This document shows positions 29,462 to 39,216 of a stretch of 64,000 nucleotides of DNA, piece by piece. A model generated the notes under the pieces. That model searched no databases and was not told the DNA's origin. It was given only the letters and a program-made list of their open reading frames with translations. Positions within the stretch are counted from its first letter, which is position 1, and each line of letters begins with the position of its first letter. Location: contig JAAVYF010000011.1 of assembly GCA_022790975.1 (NCBI GenBank), forward strand, positions 5,158-69,157, written 5' to 3'. The DNA is from Clostridia bacterium (GTDB taxonomy: Bacteria; Bacillota; Clostridia; TANB77; CAG-508). Made by a program: the position numbers and the translations under genes.

Positions 29462-30361
29462 TCATAAATAATTATTTAAGGTTTTTTTTAATTTTTCTTT
29501 TACAATTTCTTTTACCTTAGTTGGAGCCAAAACTTTTGTATATTCTCCAAAAGATAAAATATATCCATATACCCATTCATTCTCTGGATATTTTACTTTA
29601 ACTACAAAATTTCCATCAGATTTTTTAGTTATTTCTTCATTTTCAAATTCATCATATACCCTATATGCCATGCTTGAATTTATCTCTAATTCAAGCTCTA
29701 TAACATTAAAATTGCGTCTTTCTTCTTTATTTTCTTTTGGTAATTTTCTTTCAAAGTGTTCTTCTAAAATCTCAATTTCTTTTATTCTTGCAATTTTAAA
29801 TATTCTATAGTCTTTTTTATTTCTACAATAACTTATTAAATACCAAGCTTTATCTTTAAACCATATTTGTAATGGTTCAACACTTCTTATACTTTCTTCT
29901 CCATTAGAATTATAATATGTAAATTTAATTACCTTTTTATTTAAAATTGCCGATTTAATAATTTCAAATCTATTTTCTTGCATATCATCTTTTGACCAAT
30001 TTGAAAAATCAATTTTAATCCAATCATTTATTTTTTTATTAAATAACAAACTTAATTTATCTAAGATGTCCTTTTCATTTTGTCCTCTTACATTTTTCAT
30101 TCCTTGTAGTGCAAATAAAATTTGATTTTGCTCCTCTTCAGAAATAAGAGTTTTGTTTAAAACATATTCATCTAAAAGACATATTCCACCATCTTTTCCT
30201 TTACTTGCATAAATTGGTATATTTGCTCTACTTAATGTTTCTATATCTCTATATATTGTTCTTGTAGAAACCTCAAATCTATCTGCTAACTCTTTTGCAG
30301 TAATCTTTCTTTTTTGCATTAATATATAAACAATTTCAAATAATCTATTATTTAACTGCAT
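29462..30361 (-). CDS. YafY-type transcriptional regulator (HTH plus WYL domain)
   Basis: N-terminal ITAKELADRFEVSTRTIYRDIETL. Central ...EPLQIWFKDKAWYLISYC is WYL-like. Start ATG 30361 follows GGAGG. Confidence 0.8.
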   Translation of the reverse strand: MQLNNRLFEIVYILMQKRKITAKELADRFEVSTRTIYRDIETLSRANIPIYASKGKDGGICLLDEYVLNKTLISEEEQNQILFALQGMKNVRGQNEKDILDKLSLLFNKKINDWIKIDFSNWSKDDMQENRFEIIKSAILNKKVIKFTYYNSNGEESIRSVEPLQIWFKDKAWYLISYCRNKKDYRIFKIARIKEIEILEEHFERKLPKENKEERRNFNVIELELEINSSMAYRVYDEFENEEITKKSDGNFVVKVKYPENEWVYGYILSFGEYTKVLAPTKVKEIVKEKLKKTLNNYL

Positions 30362-30461
30362 AATTCCTCCTACAAGTATTAAACCCATTAATATGACAAA
30401 CATATCATATTTTATTAAATTTTTACTTCTTATTATAATCTTTTTATATAACTATATATTT

Positions 30462-30929
30462 TTATTTAATAATTGGTTTTTTAATATCTATATATTTTTT
30501 TACATCTTCTAAAACATTTCTATCACATTCATGCATATCATTTGGTAAATTATTTATATCAAACCATTTTATTTCTAATACTTCATTATCATTAAAAGAA
30601 ATCTCACCATCATATTCTGTGCAAATAAAACAATTTCTACACAAATACACTTCATCCTCATTTGGATATTTATTATATCCAGTATAAATCCCCATTAATT
30701 CTGGATTTATTGGTTTAATATTTAATTCTTCTTTAATTTCTCTATTGAGTGCCTCCATAATTGTTTCATTTGGTTCTATAAATCCTCCATGCATATCCCA
30801 TTTCTTATCATCTGCTCTTTTTTGTAATAAAACATTTCCATTTTTATAAATAATTAAACATGCAGATGGTACAAACATTGGCATATGTCCAATTTTTCCT
30901 CTTATTTGTTCTACATAATTACTAACCAT
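30462..30929 (-). CDS. NUDIX hydrolase
   Basis: Nudix box GGFIEPNETIMEALNREIKEELNI. Confidence 0.8.
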   Translation of the reverse strand: MVSNYVEQIRGKIGHMPMFVPSACLIIYKNGNVLLQKRADDKKWDMHGGFIEPNETIMEALNREIKEELNIKPINPELMGIYTGYNKYPNEDEVYLCRNCFICTEYDGEISFNDNEVLEIKWFDINNLPNDMHECDRNVLEDVKKYIDIKKPIIK

Positions 30930-30981
30930 TGTATGCCTCCAACATTAATTTTTTCTTTAAAAACAAGTTTATTATGTAATT

Positions 30982-31488
30982 TTATTCTATTTCAAAATTT
31001 ATTTCTTTTACATCATCTTCAATTAAATAGCACATCTCATCATGAGGAGTGACTTCTTGAGTAATTTTACTTATATCCATTTTTATGTATTTCACTTCAG
31101 CATTTGCTAGTAAATTCCCTTTTTTATCAAATAATTCTGTATCTATAACTATAAATTTTGAACTTTCTTTTTTTACTAATCCTCTTCCAATTATAACTTC
31201 ATTATATGGTACAGGCTTTCTATATTTTACTTCCATTGATAAAGTTACACCATATTCATAATTTGAATTTTTTGCCCATAATGCCCTTAACCCTAATTCA
31301 TCAAGCATTGTTGCAATTAGCCCACCATGAACCCTTTTCGGAAAGCTTTGATGTTCTTCTCTATATTTAAATATAGTCATTACACTTTCATCTTCCATAT
31401 TATAAAATTGCGCCTTTAATCCTATTGGATTATCCATACCACAAATAATACACATTTTACTATTTTTCTGCTTACCTATTACTTTCAT
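30982..31488 (-). CDS. PaaI/4HBT-type hotdog-fold thioesterase
   Basis: CIICGMDNPIGLKAQFY...HGGLIATMLDE pattern. Confidence 0.7.
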   Translation of the reverse strand: MKVIGKQKNSKMCIICGMDNPIGLKAQFYNMEDESVMTIFKYREEHQSFPKRVHGGLIATMLDELGLRALWAKNSNYEYGVTLSMEVKYRKPVPYNEVIIGRGLVKKESSKFIVIDTELFDKKGNLLANAEVKYIKMDISKITQEVTPHDEMCYLIEDDVKEINFEIE

Positions 31489-31769
31489 TTTTTATTGCTC
31501 CAATCTTATATATTTATTGTAAGTTATTTTATATTAATTTTTATATCCTTTCAATATTTAATACATAAATAACTTAACAGATTTTATTCAATAACATTTT
31601 TAATACTAAAAGATTTTTTCAATAATTCTTTTTTAAATCATAATTCTTAAAATTTAATACATTTTATATTATTTTTCTAATTAAAATTCACTAGAATATT
31701 TTAACATACAAATAATCCCTCATTATTAATTTTTTTTAATATATGGGCTAACTTCATTATTTGTTTTTA

Positions 31770-32435
31770 TTAAAATTCATTTTTTAAAGTATTATTTAAA
31801 AAATCTATAACATTAACCTCTTCATTTTTAATTAAAATTTTATTAACTTCACTATAATTTATAATCAAATTTCCTTTAAATAAATCATATTTAACACAAC
31901 AATTATTTTCTATTTTTATTGTATTCTCATTTAATTTTATAAATGGTATAGTATAAATAAAATCAAATTCGTTTCCTATATTTTTTTCTTTTACTCTAAA
32001 TAAATGACCACAATATAAACATAAATGAGTTCTATGTGGTATATAAGCAAATTTTCCATTATCAGAATGATAATGATTACAATGACTACACTTTATGCCT
32101 TCTAAAGGTATTTTATTTAATTTAGATAACATTAAACCACCTAAATCTTTATAACATAAAATACAATTATCATATTTAAATATTCCTGTAAACTCTTTAT
32201 TATTTATAAATATTTTTGGTACAACATTCTCTAAAATATTTTCATAAATTATTTCTATTTTTTCAATGTTATTTTCTTTTAAATCTAATATATTATTATA
32301 CATTTCTTTATAATTACATAAACATTCTTTCAATTTGTTCCCTTTTTTATCATAAGCAAACGATTTATGAATTGTACAATAATATTGGGATATTCCATTT
32401 CTTAATTTTCCAACATATTCTATATTACATTCCAT
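31770..32435 (-). CDS. Cys/His-rich hypothetical protein
   Basis: 221 aa. CSHCNHYHSD...HLCLYCGHLF looks like a zinc-ribbon element. No family recognised. Confidence 0.4.
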   Translation of the reverse strand: MECNIEYVGKLRNGISQYYCTIHKSFAYDKKGNKLKECLCNYKEMYNNILDLKENNIEKIEIIYENILENVVPKIFINNKEFTGIFKYDNCILCYKDLGGLMLSKLNKIPLEGIKCSHCNHYHSDNGKFAYIPHRTHLCLYCGHLFRVKEKNIGNEFDFIYTIPFIKLNENTIKIENNCCVKYDLFKGNLIINYSEVNKILIKNEEVNVIDFLNNTLKNEF

Positions 32436-32597
32436 TTTTAATCTCCTCAGCAGTTTACTATTTAAATTTCAAATATATATTAGCATATAAATACTTATAT
32501 ATCAATTTATATAAAAAAAGAGTGGAGAATAAATAATTATCTTACTTACCCTCCACCAATTTCTGTAAATTAGTTCCCTCACAATGCTAAAGAAAAT

Positions 32598-32840
32598 CTA
32601 AGCTAGTGCCGATAACATCGCTATAAGTACGCTGAGCATAAATTGTATCCAAAGCAATACTATTACCATTAGTAGCCTAGAAACTACAAAATACATAACA
32701 GCAAAAATAATGACTTTTGCTAGCTCAGTTAAAGAGTCACCTCTCCGTTCGAAATAACGTACTGTAATGCGATACAATACAAATGACCCCACAAGCCTAC
32801 ACAAGGTCAATAAAACAAAAGCAATTTTAGTGATTCCCAT
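32598..32840 (-). CDS. small hydrophobic membrane protein in a GC-richer islet (80 aa if CGG is read as Arg; 36 aa if CGG shifts +1)
   Basis: ATG 32840 follows AAAGGAGGAG. MGITKIAFVLLTLCRLVGSFVLYRITVRYFE-R(CGG 32747..32745)-RGDSL... A +1 reading gives ...YFEGEVTL followed by a stop. Confidence 0.45.
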   Translation of the reverse strand: MGITKIAFVLLTLCRLVGSFVLYRITVRYFERRGDSLTELAKVIIFAVMYFVVSRLLMVIVLLWIQFMLSVLIAMLSALA

Positions 32841-33045
32841 AAAGCGCTCCTCCTTTTTACTTTGTACAATAGCAATAATTATTTTTACTATTGTAAGATG
32901 TCGACGCACATGCGCCAGGAACTATATAAAAATAAACATATTAAATGTCTATTGCAAATATAATAGCACATATTTTTTAAAAAGTAAATCATTATGTAAA
33001 TAAAATTTATTTATTTTTTTAAATTTTTTTATATAACCTATAATA

Positions 33046-34059
33046 TTAATTACCAACTCTATTTTCTTTTTTTCCAAATTGTATATAATGCTTTATGTAT
33101 TCTTTATTATTATCTCTAAATATTTTTCTTAAATCTTTATATTTATTTTTATATGCTAATATATAAAATTCACTACTTGAAGCTCGTCCTTCATTTATAC
33201 CATGGTTCAAGAAATGTTTTAAAGCCTCTATATTACTCATATTTCTTAAATCTGAATTAGAATTTTTATAAAATAAAACATCAAATTCTACTGAAGCTTG
33301 CCTTCCTTCATAAATACCATTTTTAATGAAATGCTCATAAGCTCTAGCATAATCATTTCCAAATATTCTTTTTAAATCTGGATATTTATTTAAATAAAAT
33401 ATACTATCAAATATATAACTTCCTCTTCTTCCTTCTTTTAATCCATATGTTATGAAGTGACTTTTTAATTGTTGCTCATTTCCTCCAAATGCATTTTGTA
33501 AATCTAAATAAGATGAGTTATACAAATCTGTGTCGAAAACATCTAATATTTCATTTTGAACATTAACTTGCAGTTTTCTTTTTATATCTTCTTTAAATTT
33601 ATTCCATTCACATGGATTTTTTACATAATATCTAGGACATTCTTTTCTTGTTACATCATAATGTCTAATTATATTATTTTCATTTAAGTTATATCTTTTA
33701 CAAATATCAACACATAATTCAACTAAAGAATTATATGTACTATTATTGAATTTTCCGTTCCAGTCTGGATGGCAATTTTCTATTCCTATGCTCTTTCTAT
33801 TCATTTCACTATTACCAGCATGAAAAGCTACTTCATTTTCTGGAATACATCTTATTATTTCTCCATTTAATCCTATAATATAGTGTGCTGATGCTTGAGT
33901 AGTATATGTTAATTTTAAATTTTCAAAATAATTACGATTAACAATAGCTGAAGTATTGGGATTGCCTATCCAGTGAACTACTATATTTTCTATTTTATTT
34001 TGTTTTTCTCCTGGTCTACTATATTTATTAATTGTTAACAATTTCTCTTGAATATTCAT
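33046..34059 (-). CDS. N-acetylmuramoyl-L-alanine amidase endolysin (amidase_2/PGRP fold) with four C-terminal ~40-aa repeats
   Basis: N-terminal ...IVVHWIGNPNTSA...AHYIIGLNGEI...AFHAG...IIRHYDVTRKECP. The C-terminus has four repeats of the form F.x.Y...Y.DL...F......H...G..EGR. Confidence 0.85.
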   Translation of the reverse strand: MNIQEKLLTINKYSRPGEKQNKIENIVVHWIGNPNTSAIVNRNYFENLKLTYTTQASAHYIIGLNGEIIRCIPENEVAFHAGNSEMNRKSIGIENCHPDWNGKFNNSTYNSLVELCVDICKRYNLNENNIIRHYDVTRKECPRYYVKNPCEWNKFKEDIKRKLQVNVQNEILDVFDTDLYNSSYLDLQNAFGGNEQQLKSHFITYGLKEGRRGSYIFDSIFYLNKYPDLKRIFGNDYARAYEHFIKNGIYEGRQASVEFDVLFYKNSNSDLRNMSNIEALKHFLNHGINEGRASSSEFYILAYKNKYKDLRKIFRDNNKEYIKHYIQFGKKENRVGN

Positions 34060-34128
34060 ATATATTACTCCTTTCTTTTTTATTTTTGTATGATATATTA
34101 GAAAATAAAGTCTATACAGAATATGAGT

Positions 34129-34234
34129 ATTATAGTTCCCTATTATATTTTGTTATGATATAATTTCTTTGAGCAAATTCAACTGTATTATCTGGTTATA
34201 GTTCTTTTTTATTCTCTAATTTGATATGATATAA
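34129..34234 (+). CRISPR. mini CRISPR array C between the holin and endolysin genes: repeat, 30-nt spacer, degenerate repeat
   Basis: attatagttccctattatattttgttatgatataat at 34129-34164. Spacer ttctttgagcaaattcaactgtattatctg at 34165-34194. Degenerate 40-nt repeat copy gttatagttcttttttattctctaatttgatatgatataa at 34195-34234. Confidence 0.7.
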
Positions 34235-34268
34235 AAAGCTAGTAACCACAATAAATTACTAGCTTTTT
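34234..34268. terminator. hairpin terminator, homologous to the one after array B
   Basis: aaaagctagta pairs with tactagctttt. It lies directly downstream of the holin stop (34278) on the minus strand and directly after array C on the plus strand. Confidence 0.65.
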
Positions 34269-34277
34269 ATATTTTAC

Positions 34278-34706
34278 TTATTTTTTATTATCTAATTCTG
34301 TTGTCATTTCTTCTAATAAATGTACAACTTTTTCTTGCATTTTTTTAGGAACTGGTAAATCACAAAGAACCATATTTTTTAATACACTTGTTATCTCATA
34401 AAGTACAAACATTAATCCAAAAAGTTCACAAGTAGCTACTCTTTCTAATTTTATAAATTCCATTACTTTTTCTGGAACCATAAAAAGAAAATTTAAATTT
34501 AGAATTTTATCAAAAATAGACAGAAAAAAAATGCAACCTATCATTGCAATTTTTCTTAACATTCCATTTATACCAACAGTGCTATTCCATTTATGTTCCT
34601 TCCATGCTCTTATAGAACCTAAAAAAGTATCTAATATCAAAAAAAGCAATAATGCTTTTATAACTATATTTTCCATTATGTTAAAAATTAAGCTTTCTAT
34701 ATTCAT
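34278..34706 (-). CDS. phage holin (holin_4 / LL-H-like family)
   Basis: MNIESLIFNIMENIVIKALLLFLILDTFLGSIRAWKEHKWNSTVGINGMLRKIAMIG..., with three TMs, located upstream of the endolysin. Confidence 0.75.
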   Translation of the reverse strand: MNIESLIFNIMENIVIKALLLFLILDTFLGSIRAWKEHKWNSTVGINGMLRKIAMIGCIFFLSIFDKILNLNFLFMVPEKVMEFIKLERVATCELFGLMFVLYEITSVLKNMVLCDLPVPKKMQEKVVHLLEEMTTELDNKK

Positions 34707-34725
34707 ATTTTTCCTTCCAATTTTA

Positions 34726-36495
34726 TTAAATTTGATAATATGTATTATTTCTTTTATTAAAAGTAAATGTAATACTTTCATTTGGTTGTAATGTAATTGT
34801 TTCTGTATCTTTCCATAAAATATTTCCTGTAGAGTCTTTAGTAATAGTTCTTGCCATAGTATAAGTATTAATTATAGTAATTTTAAAAAAAGAAAATCTA
34901 ACATTTAATGATTTAAATATTAGATCAGATGCCATTTGATAAAACATATTTGTATTAAATTTAGGATTTTTATTAGTACCATTAAAGAATGATGGTGAAT
35001 CTATATATAAAGCCTGATCTTGATATATAGTATTTATTGATGATGATACATCTCCTATTGCCCCAGCAATATTTCTTCCTGTAAAAGTTCCATTAATTTG
35101 TGTATATCCATCATTTCTAAAATCTTGAATATGAACTTCTTCTCCTGATAATAAGCATCCTTTTGTTTTTCCTTTTATATTTGAAAAATAACATTTATTT
35201 AAGTTGGTTGCACTTATAATTCTTGATGGACTTCCTACTCCATAAGAATTATAAATCGAATTTACAAAAGAAACATTACAATTATCACAATTATCCATTT
35301 GTATATCATTTAAAGATGCATGAGAAATTATATTTTCAACATTAATAGTTTTGCAATTTTTAATTAAAATAGTTCTTAAATTAATGTTACTTGATGAACT
35401 ATCATACGCTCCATTAGAAATATTTGAAATTATTCCTGTATCTGTATTATAAAAACCTAAAGTATTAACGCAATTTTCTGAATATACATTAGAAATATTT
35501 ATATTTTTATGTTTTATTCCTTCTTCATAAGCAGAAGATGCACCAACTACAATTGCTGTTGTAGGTTTATTCTTTATTACTATATTATTTATATAAATAT
35601 CCTGTGCTGCTTTTTTAGTTGCAACCCATATTCCTTCTGAGTTTTCCCCTGAATCAATATAGCAATTTGTAATATTTATATTTTTAATTGGATAATCTCT
35701 AGAATCAAACATAATTCCAACATCAGAATAGTTTATATTGCAATTATTAACATACACATTAGAACAGTTCCAACCTCTTATTGCTATATATTTATTATTC
35801 TTTAGTTTAACATTTTCTACTGTAACTCCATCTACATTAAAAAATTGTAATTGATGTATTCCATCTTTGTCATCTCCATCTGGATTATTTATATAATCAC
35901 AATCTATTTCTAAGTCATGAATATAAATATTTGAACATGAAGGGTTAGATTCTAAATTTCCAAATGCAATAAAATCAGTTCCTCGTTCAGTATTTGGCAA
36001 AGCTTTAATAACAGAACTTCTTGTTCCATAAAATTCTATATTAGATTTTGTTTTATTTTGATTTATATCCATACACATATATATACCTGTTGGAACAAAA
36101 ATTTTATTATAGTTTTTAAAAGCAATTCTAAATGAATTAGTGTCGTTTGTTTCTCCATCTCCTTTTGCACCTAGTTGTTTTACATTTACTTCATTATTTT
36201 TAATTACCAATTTTGCTTTTAAATTATTAGCTAAATTATGTACTGTTCCGTTATCAGAAATTAAAGAAGAGTCATTTACAATTTCATATAAACCAGCCCC
36301 TCCATCATTTTTTTCATAATATCCTAATGTTTGAACTACATCTCCCACTACTAAAGAAGTACATTCTTTAATTTTTTCAATAGTTTCAATACATTTAATA
36401 TTTTCAAGCTCATAAGCCTCTTCGGCTTTATCGAAAACTTGCATATTTTCATTATCATTTTCTATTATTTCAGAATTTAAAAATTTATTTTTCAT
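34726..36495 (-). CDS. tail fibre / depolymerase with pectate-lyase-type beta-helix
   Basis: VKQLGAKGDGETNDTNSFRIAF (Pectate_lyase_3 signature) is followed by many N/I-rich beta-helix rungs. The first ~30 aa are shared with the preceding gene. Confidence 0.7.
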   Translation of the reverse strand: MKNKFLNSEIIENDNENMQVFDKAEEAYELENIKCIETIEKIKECTSLVVGDVVQTLGYYEKNDGGAGLYEIVNDSSLISDNGTVHNLANNLKAKLVIKNNEVNVKQLGAKGDGETNDTNSFRIAFKNYNKIFVPTGIYMCMDINQNKTKSNIEFYGTRSSVIKALPNTERGTDFIAFGNLESNPSCSNIYIHDLEIDCDYINNPDGDDKDGIHQLQFFNVDGVTVENVKLKNNKYIAIRGWNCSNVYVNNCNINYSDVGIMFDSRDYPIKNINITNCYIDSGENSEGIWVATKKAAQDIYINNIVIKNKPTTAIVVGASSAYEEGIKHKNINISNVYSENCVNTLGFYNTDTGIISNISNGAYDSSSSNINLRTILIKNCKTINVENIISHASLNDIQMDNCDNCNVSFVNSIYNSYGVGSPSRIISATNLNKCYFSNIKGKTKGCLLSGEEVHIQDFRNDGYTQINGTFTGRNIAGAIGDVSSSINTIYQDQALYIDSPSFFNGTNKNPKFNTNMFYQMASDLIFKSLNVRFSFFKITIINTYTMARTITKDSTGNILWKDTETITLQPNESITFTFNKRNNTYYQI

Positions 36496-36544
36496 TATAT
36501 TATCTCCTCTTTTTTATATTTAAAATTGTTCTATATTTTACTTT

Positions 36545-38146
36545 TTATAACTCGCAAATTGAAACAAAACTAGAACCACCATTCCCAGATACTAAAACTA
36601 TTCCTTCAGCTCCTTGATACCATTTAATTTGTATATCATCACCTTTTTTTAAATCATCAAAAATATATGAAAATTTTAGTGAATCCCAAGCTCTATCTAA
36701 ACTTTGAGTTATTTCTGTAAATTTAGCAACTTCACCATTTCTGTAAACCAATATTCTAAATCCATAATTTCTTGATACTGTAAACTCAGTAAATCTAAAA
36801 TTTAAAATAAATAAAGCTAATTCTACATCATCATTTACTATAATATGTCCTGGTACTACTGAAAATTTATTTCCTTTATTTACAGCTACTGTATCTATAA
36901 CTACACTTGAACGGTTAGATATAATATCACTTGTAGGTCTTTCCGCAGCACTATTAAAAGCAACTAACATACTTTTTTCTTCTTCTTTAATTTCTCTCCA
37001 ACTTCCATAATTAATATTATCAACATCAATAAATTCTATAAATCTACGCCAATGTTTACCATTATTATTATAATATAAGTCTTGTCTAATGAAATTATCT
37101 TCTAAATTTTCATCAAAATTTTCATATGACGACTGAGTCATTAATGTTTTTAAAATAATTCTTCTATCTTCAACTATTCTTGTTGGTAATCCTTGTGTAT
37201 TAACATTAATTAATAAACTATACTCTCCTGGGTTTAAATATTTTTTATCATTTACTGATAAACATTGTGTTTCTTGATATGTATATCCCAATTGATAAGA
37301 AGCATTATTGTCACATGAAGGAATTCCTATAACTTCTTGAGTTATATTAGTACCATTTCCAGTTAAAATTGTTGCTGTAGTTTTTGTTCCTTTATCATTA
37401 CTAATATTTATTGATTTTATATAATTTTCACTGTCTTTATCTAATTTAGTTTCTATCAAATTCAATAAATTTCCTGCAACATCTCCACTTAATGTTGTTT
37501 TTACTCTTTCAAACCAATTATTAAAATTATTTTCAAATTCTTCTTGTTTTTGATTTAAGTTTATTTCACCTTCTTCAGTTACTCTATTTAACCAGTCCTT
37601 ATATTGATTAAACAAAGTAGTTGTATCAACATGCTGTAATTGATTTGCTACTATTCCACAAACTTCTGTATTTAATCTTAAATCTGTTATATTTTCTTGT
37701 TTTATTTCAATTACATTAGCATTAATTCTTACATCTGCAAGAGCTAATTCATATATATCATAATCTCTTTGTAAATCAGGTACAATTGGATTAGCACTTG
37801 CAATTCCTTTTTTTACAAACAAATTAATACTTCTATCTTCCAAATTCAACCTTGCAACAATTCTATCAATTCTTGGTTGTATATCACTTTCTTCTATTTC
37901 AAAAACTTCTTCATTTTCTACCCATCCCATATATCCATCTATATAACATACTCCTGTACTAACTTTAATTTGCATTCCATTTTTAACTAGTACTTGCATA
38001 TTAGTTGACGGATTTGGAAATACACCATTTGAAATAAATTGACTAAAATATTTTGCAAAAAAAGAAGCCTCTTCGGCTCTATCAAAAACTGGCATATTTT
38101 CTGCATCATACCCTATTATTTCAGAATTAAAAAATCTACTTCTCAT
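36545..38146 (-). CDS. baseplate upper / receptor-binding protein (BppU-like N-terminus)
   Basis: MRSRFFNSEIIGYDAENMPVFDRAEEASFFAKYFSQFISNGVF is a typical siphovirus BppU-type N-terminus. Position is after the Tal-like gene. Confidence 0.6.
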   Translation of the reverse strand: MRSRFFNSEIIGYDAENMPVFDRAEEASFFAKYFSQFISNGVFPNPSTNMQVLVKNGMQIKVSTGVCYIDGYMGWVENEEVFEIEESDIQPRIDRIVARLNLEDRSINLFVKKGIASANPIVPDLQRDYDIYELALADVRINANVIEIKQENITDLRLNTEVCGIVANQLQHVDTTTLFNQYKDWLNRVTEEGEINLNQKQEEFENNFNNWFERVKTTLSGDVAGNLLNLIETKLDKDSENYIKSINISNDKGTKTTATILTGNGTNITQEVIGIPSCDNNASYQLGYTYQETQCLSVNDKKYLNPGEYSLLINVNTQGLPTRIVEDRRIILKTLMTQSSYENFDENLEDNFIRQDLYYNNNGKHWRRFIEFIDVDNINYGSWREIKEEEKSMLVAFNSAAERPTSDIISNRSSVVIDTVAVNKGNKFSVVPGHIIVNDDVELALFILNFRFTEFTVSRNYGFRILVYRNGEVAKFTEITQSLDRAWDSLKFSYIFDDLKKGDDIQIKWYQGAEGIVLVSGNGGSSFVSICEL

Positions 38147-39216
38147 TATATCATCTCCTTTATTTTTTTCATATTGTAATCTTCTCCAAAAACTATTTCT
38201 ATGGTTTTACTTCCATTTTCATAACTTTCTGTAATTCCTACAATTCTATTTTCAATATTAAAATTTAATTTATCATTTTTATATACTACTTCATCACCTA
38301 AATCAAAATCTCTTTGATATTCTAAATTTGATAATAGATTTACATTAAAATTTGCTGTTTCTACTTTATTGCATTCATTTAATTTTTCAATTCCTTTTTC
38401 AATTAGCATTTGTTTATATTCTTCATCTGTTAATTCTCCATCTTTTTGTAAATCTTTTGCTTCTACATATAGTTCTCTACGTTCTTCACCATCTTTCACT
38501 CTATTAATTGTAACAACAGTTTCTTTTCCATTGTCTTCACCTACAACATATGCAAAATTACAATACTTTGTATTATCTATAGAATATTCATCTTCAAGTA
38601 TATTTTCAAAACTTCTTGAAAATATAGCCCATGAATTTAAATCTTGAGTATCTTTTCTATTTAATCCTTGCCATACTTCAAAAATCATTTGATTATTATT
38701 AAAATCATATCTTATTTGAATACTAAGTTCATCTTCTTTGCATAATTCATATATTTTATCTAATAAATTATCGCCTGTTATTTGAATAGTATGTTTTTTT
38801 CCTATGGCTTTTCTTTTGCCTAAAACTAAATTTGGTATTTTTCTATCTCCAGAATTAATAATAAATGTATTAACTAAATTACGAATAATATCCTCTGATA
38901 TCATATCTTTAAATATTTGTGTATTATCAATAACTCTTTGTGCCAATTTACTTTCTAAAAATCTACCTGATATCTGAATTTCTGTTCCTTGAATAGTAGT
39001 TTTATAATTTAAATTTTCTATTACTGCAGTTTCAGTAAAATCCTTTGAAGATATATATACTGCGTCCTTAAATTTATTTAAATATTTAATATTTATTTGT
39101 AAATTAAAATTTCCACATTCATAATATTTTCTATTCCAAACTAAACTAGAAAAATCATCTATCAAGCCACATATTTGAAAATCTTTATCTAATAAAAATA
39201 ATTCCATCCTATACAC
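38146..39216 (-). CDS. tail-associated (Tal / Gp37-like) protein
   Basis: MELFLLDKDFQICGLIDDFSSLVWNRKYYECGNFNLQI matches the siphovirus Gp37-like minor structural family. Position is after Dit. Confidence 0.6.
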   Translation of the reverse strand: MYRMELFLLDKDFQICGLIDDFSSLVWNRKYYECGNFNLQINIKYLNKFKDAVYISSKDFTETAVIENLNYKTTIQGTEIQISGRFLESKLAQRVIDNTQIFKDMISEDIIRNLVNTFIINSGDRKIPNLVLGKRKAIGKKHTIQITGDNLLDKIYELCKEDELSIQIRYDFNNNQMIFEVWQGLNRKDTQDLNSWAIFSRSFENILEDEYSIDNTKYCNFAYVVGEDNGKETVVTINRVKDGEERRELYVEAKDLQKDGELTDEEYKQMLIEKGIEKLNECNKVETANFNVNLLSNLEYQRDFDLGDEVVYKNDKLNFNIENRIVGITESYENGSKTIEIVFGEDYNMKKIKEMI

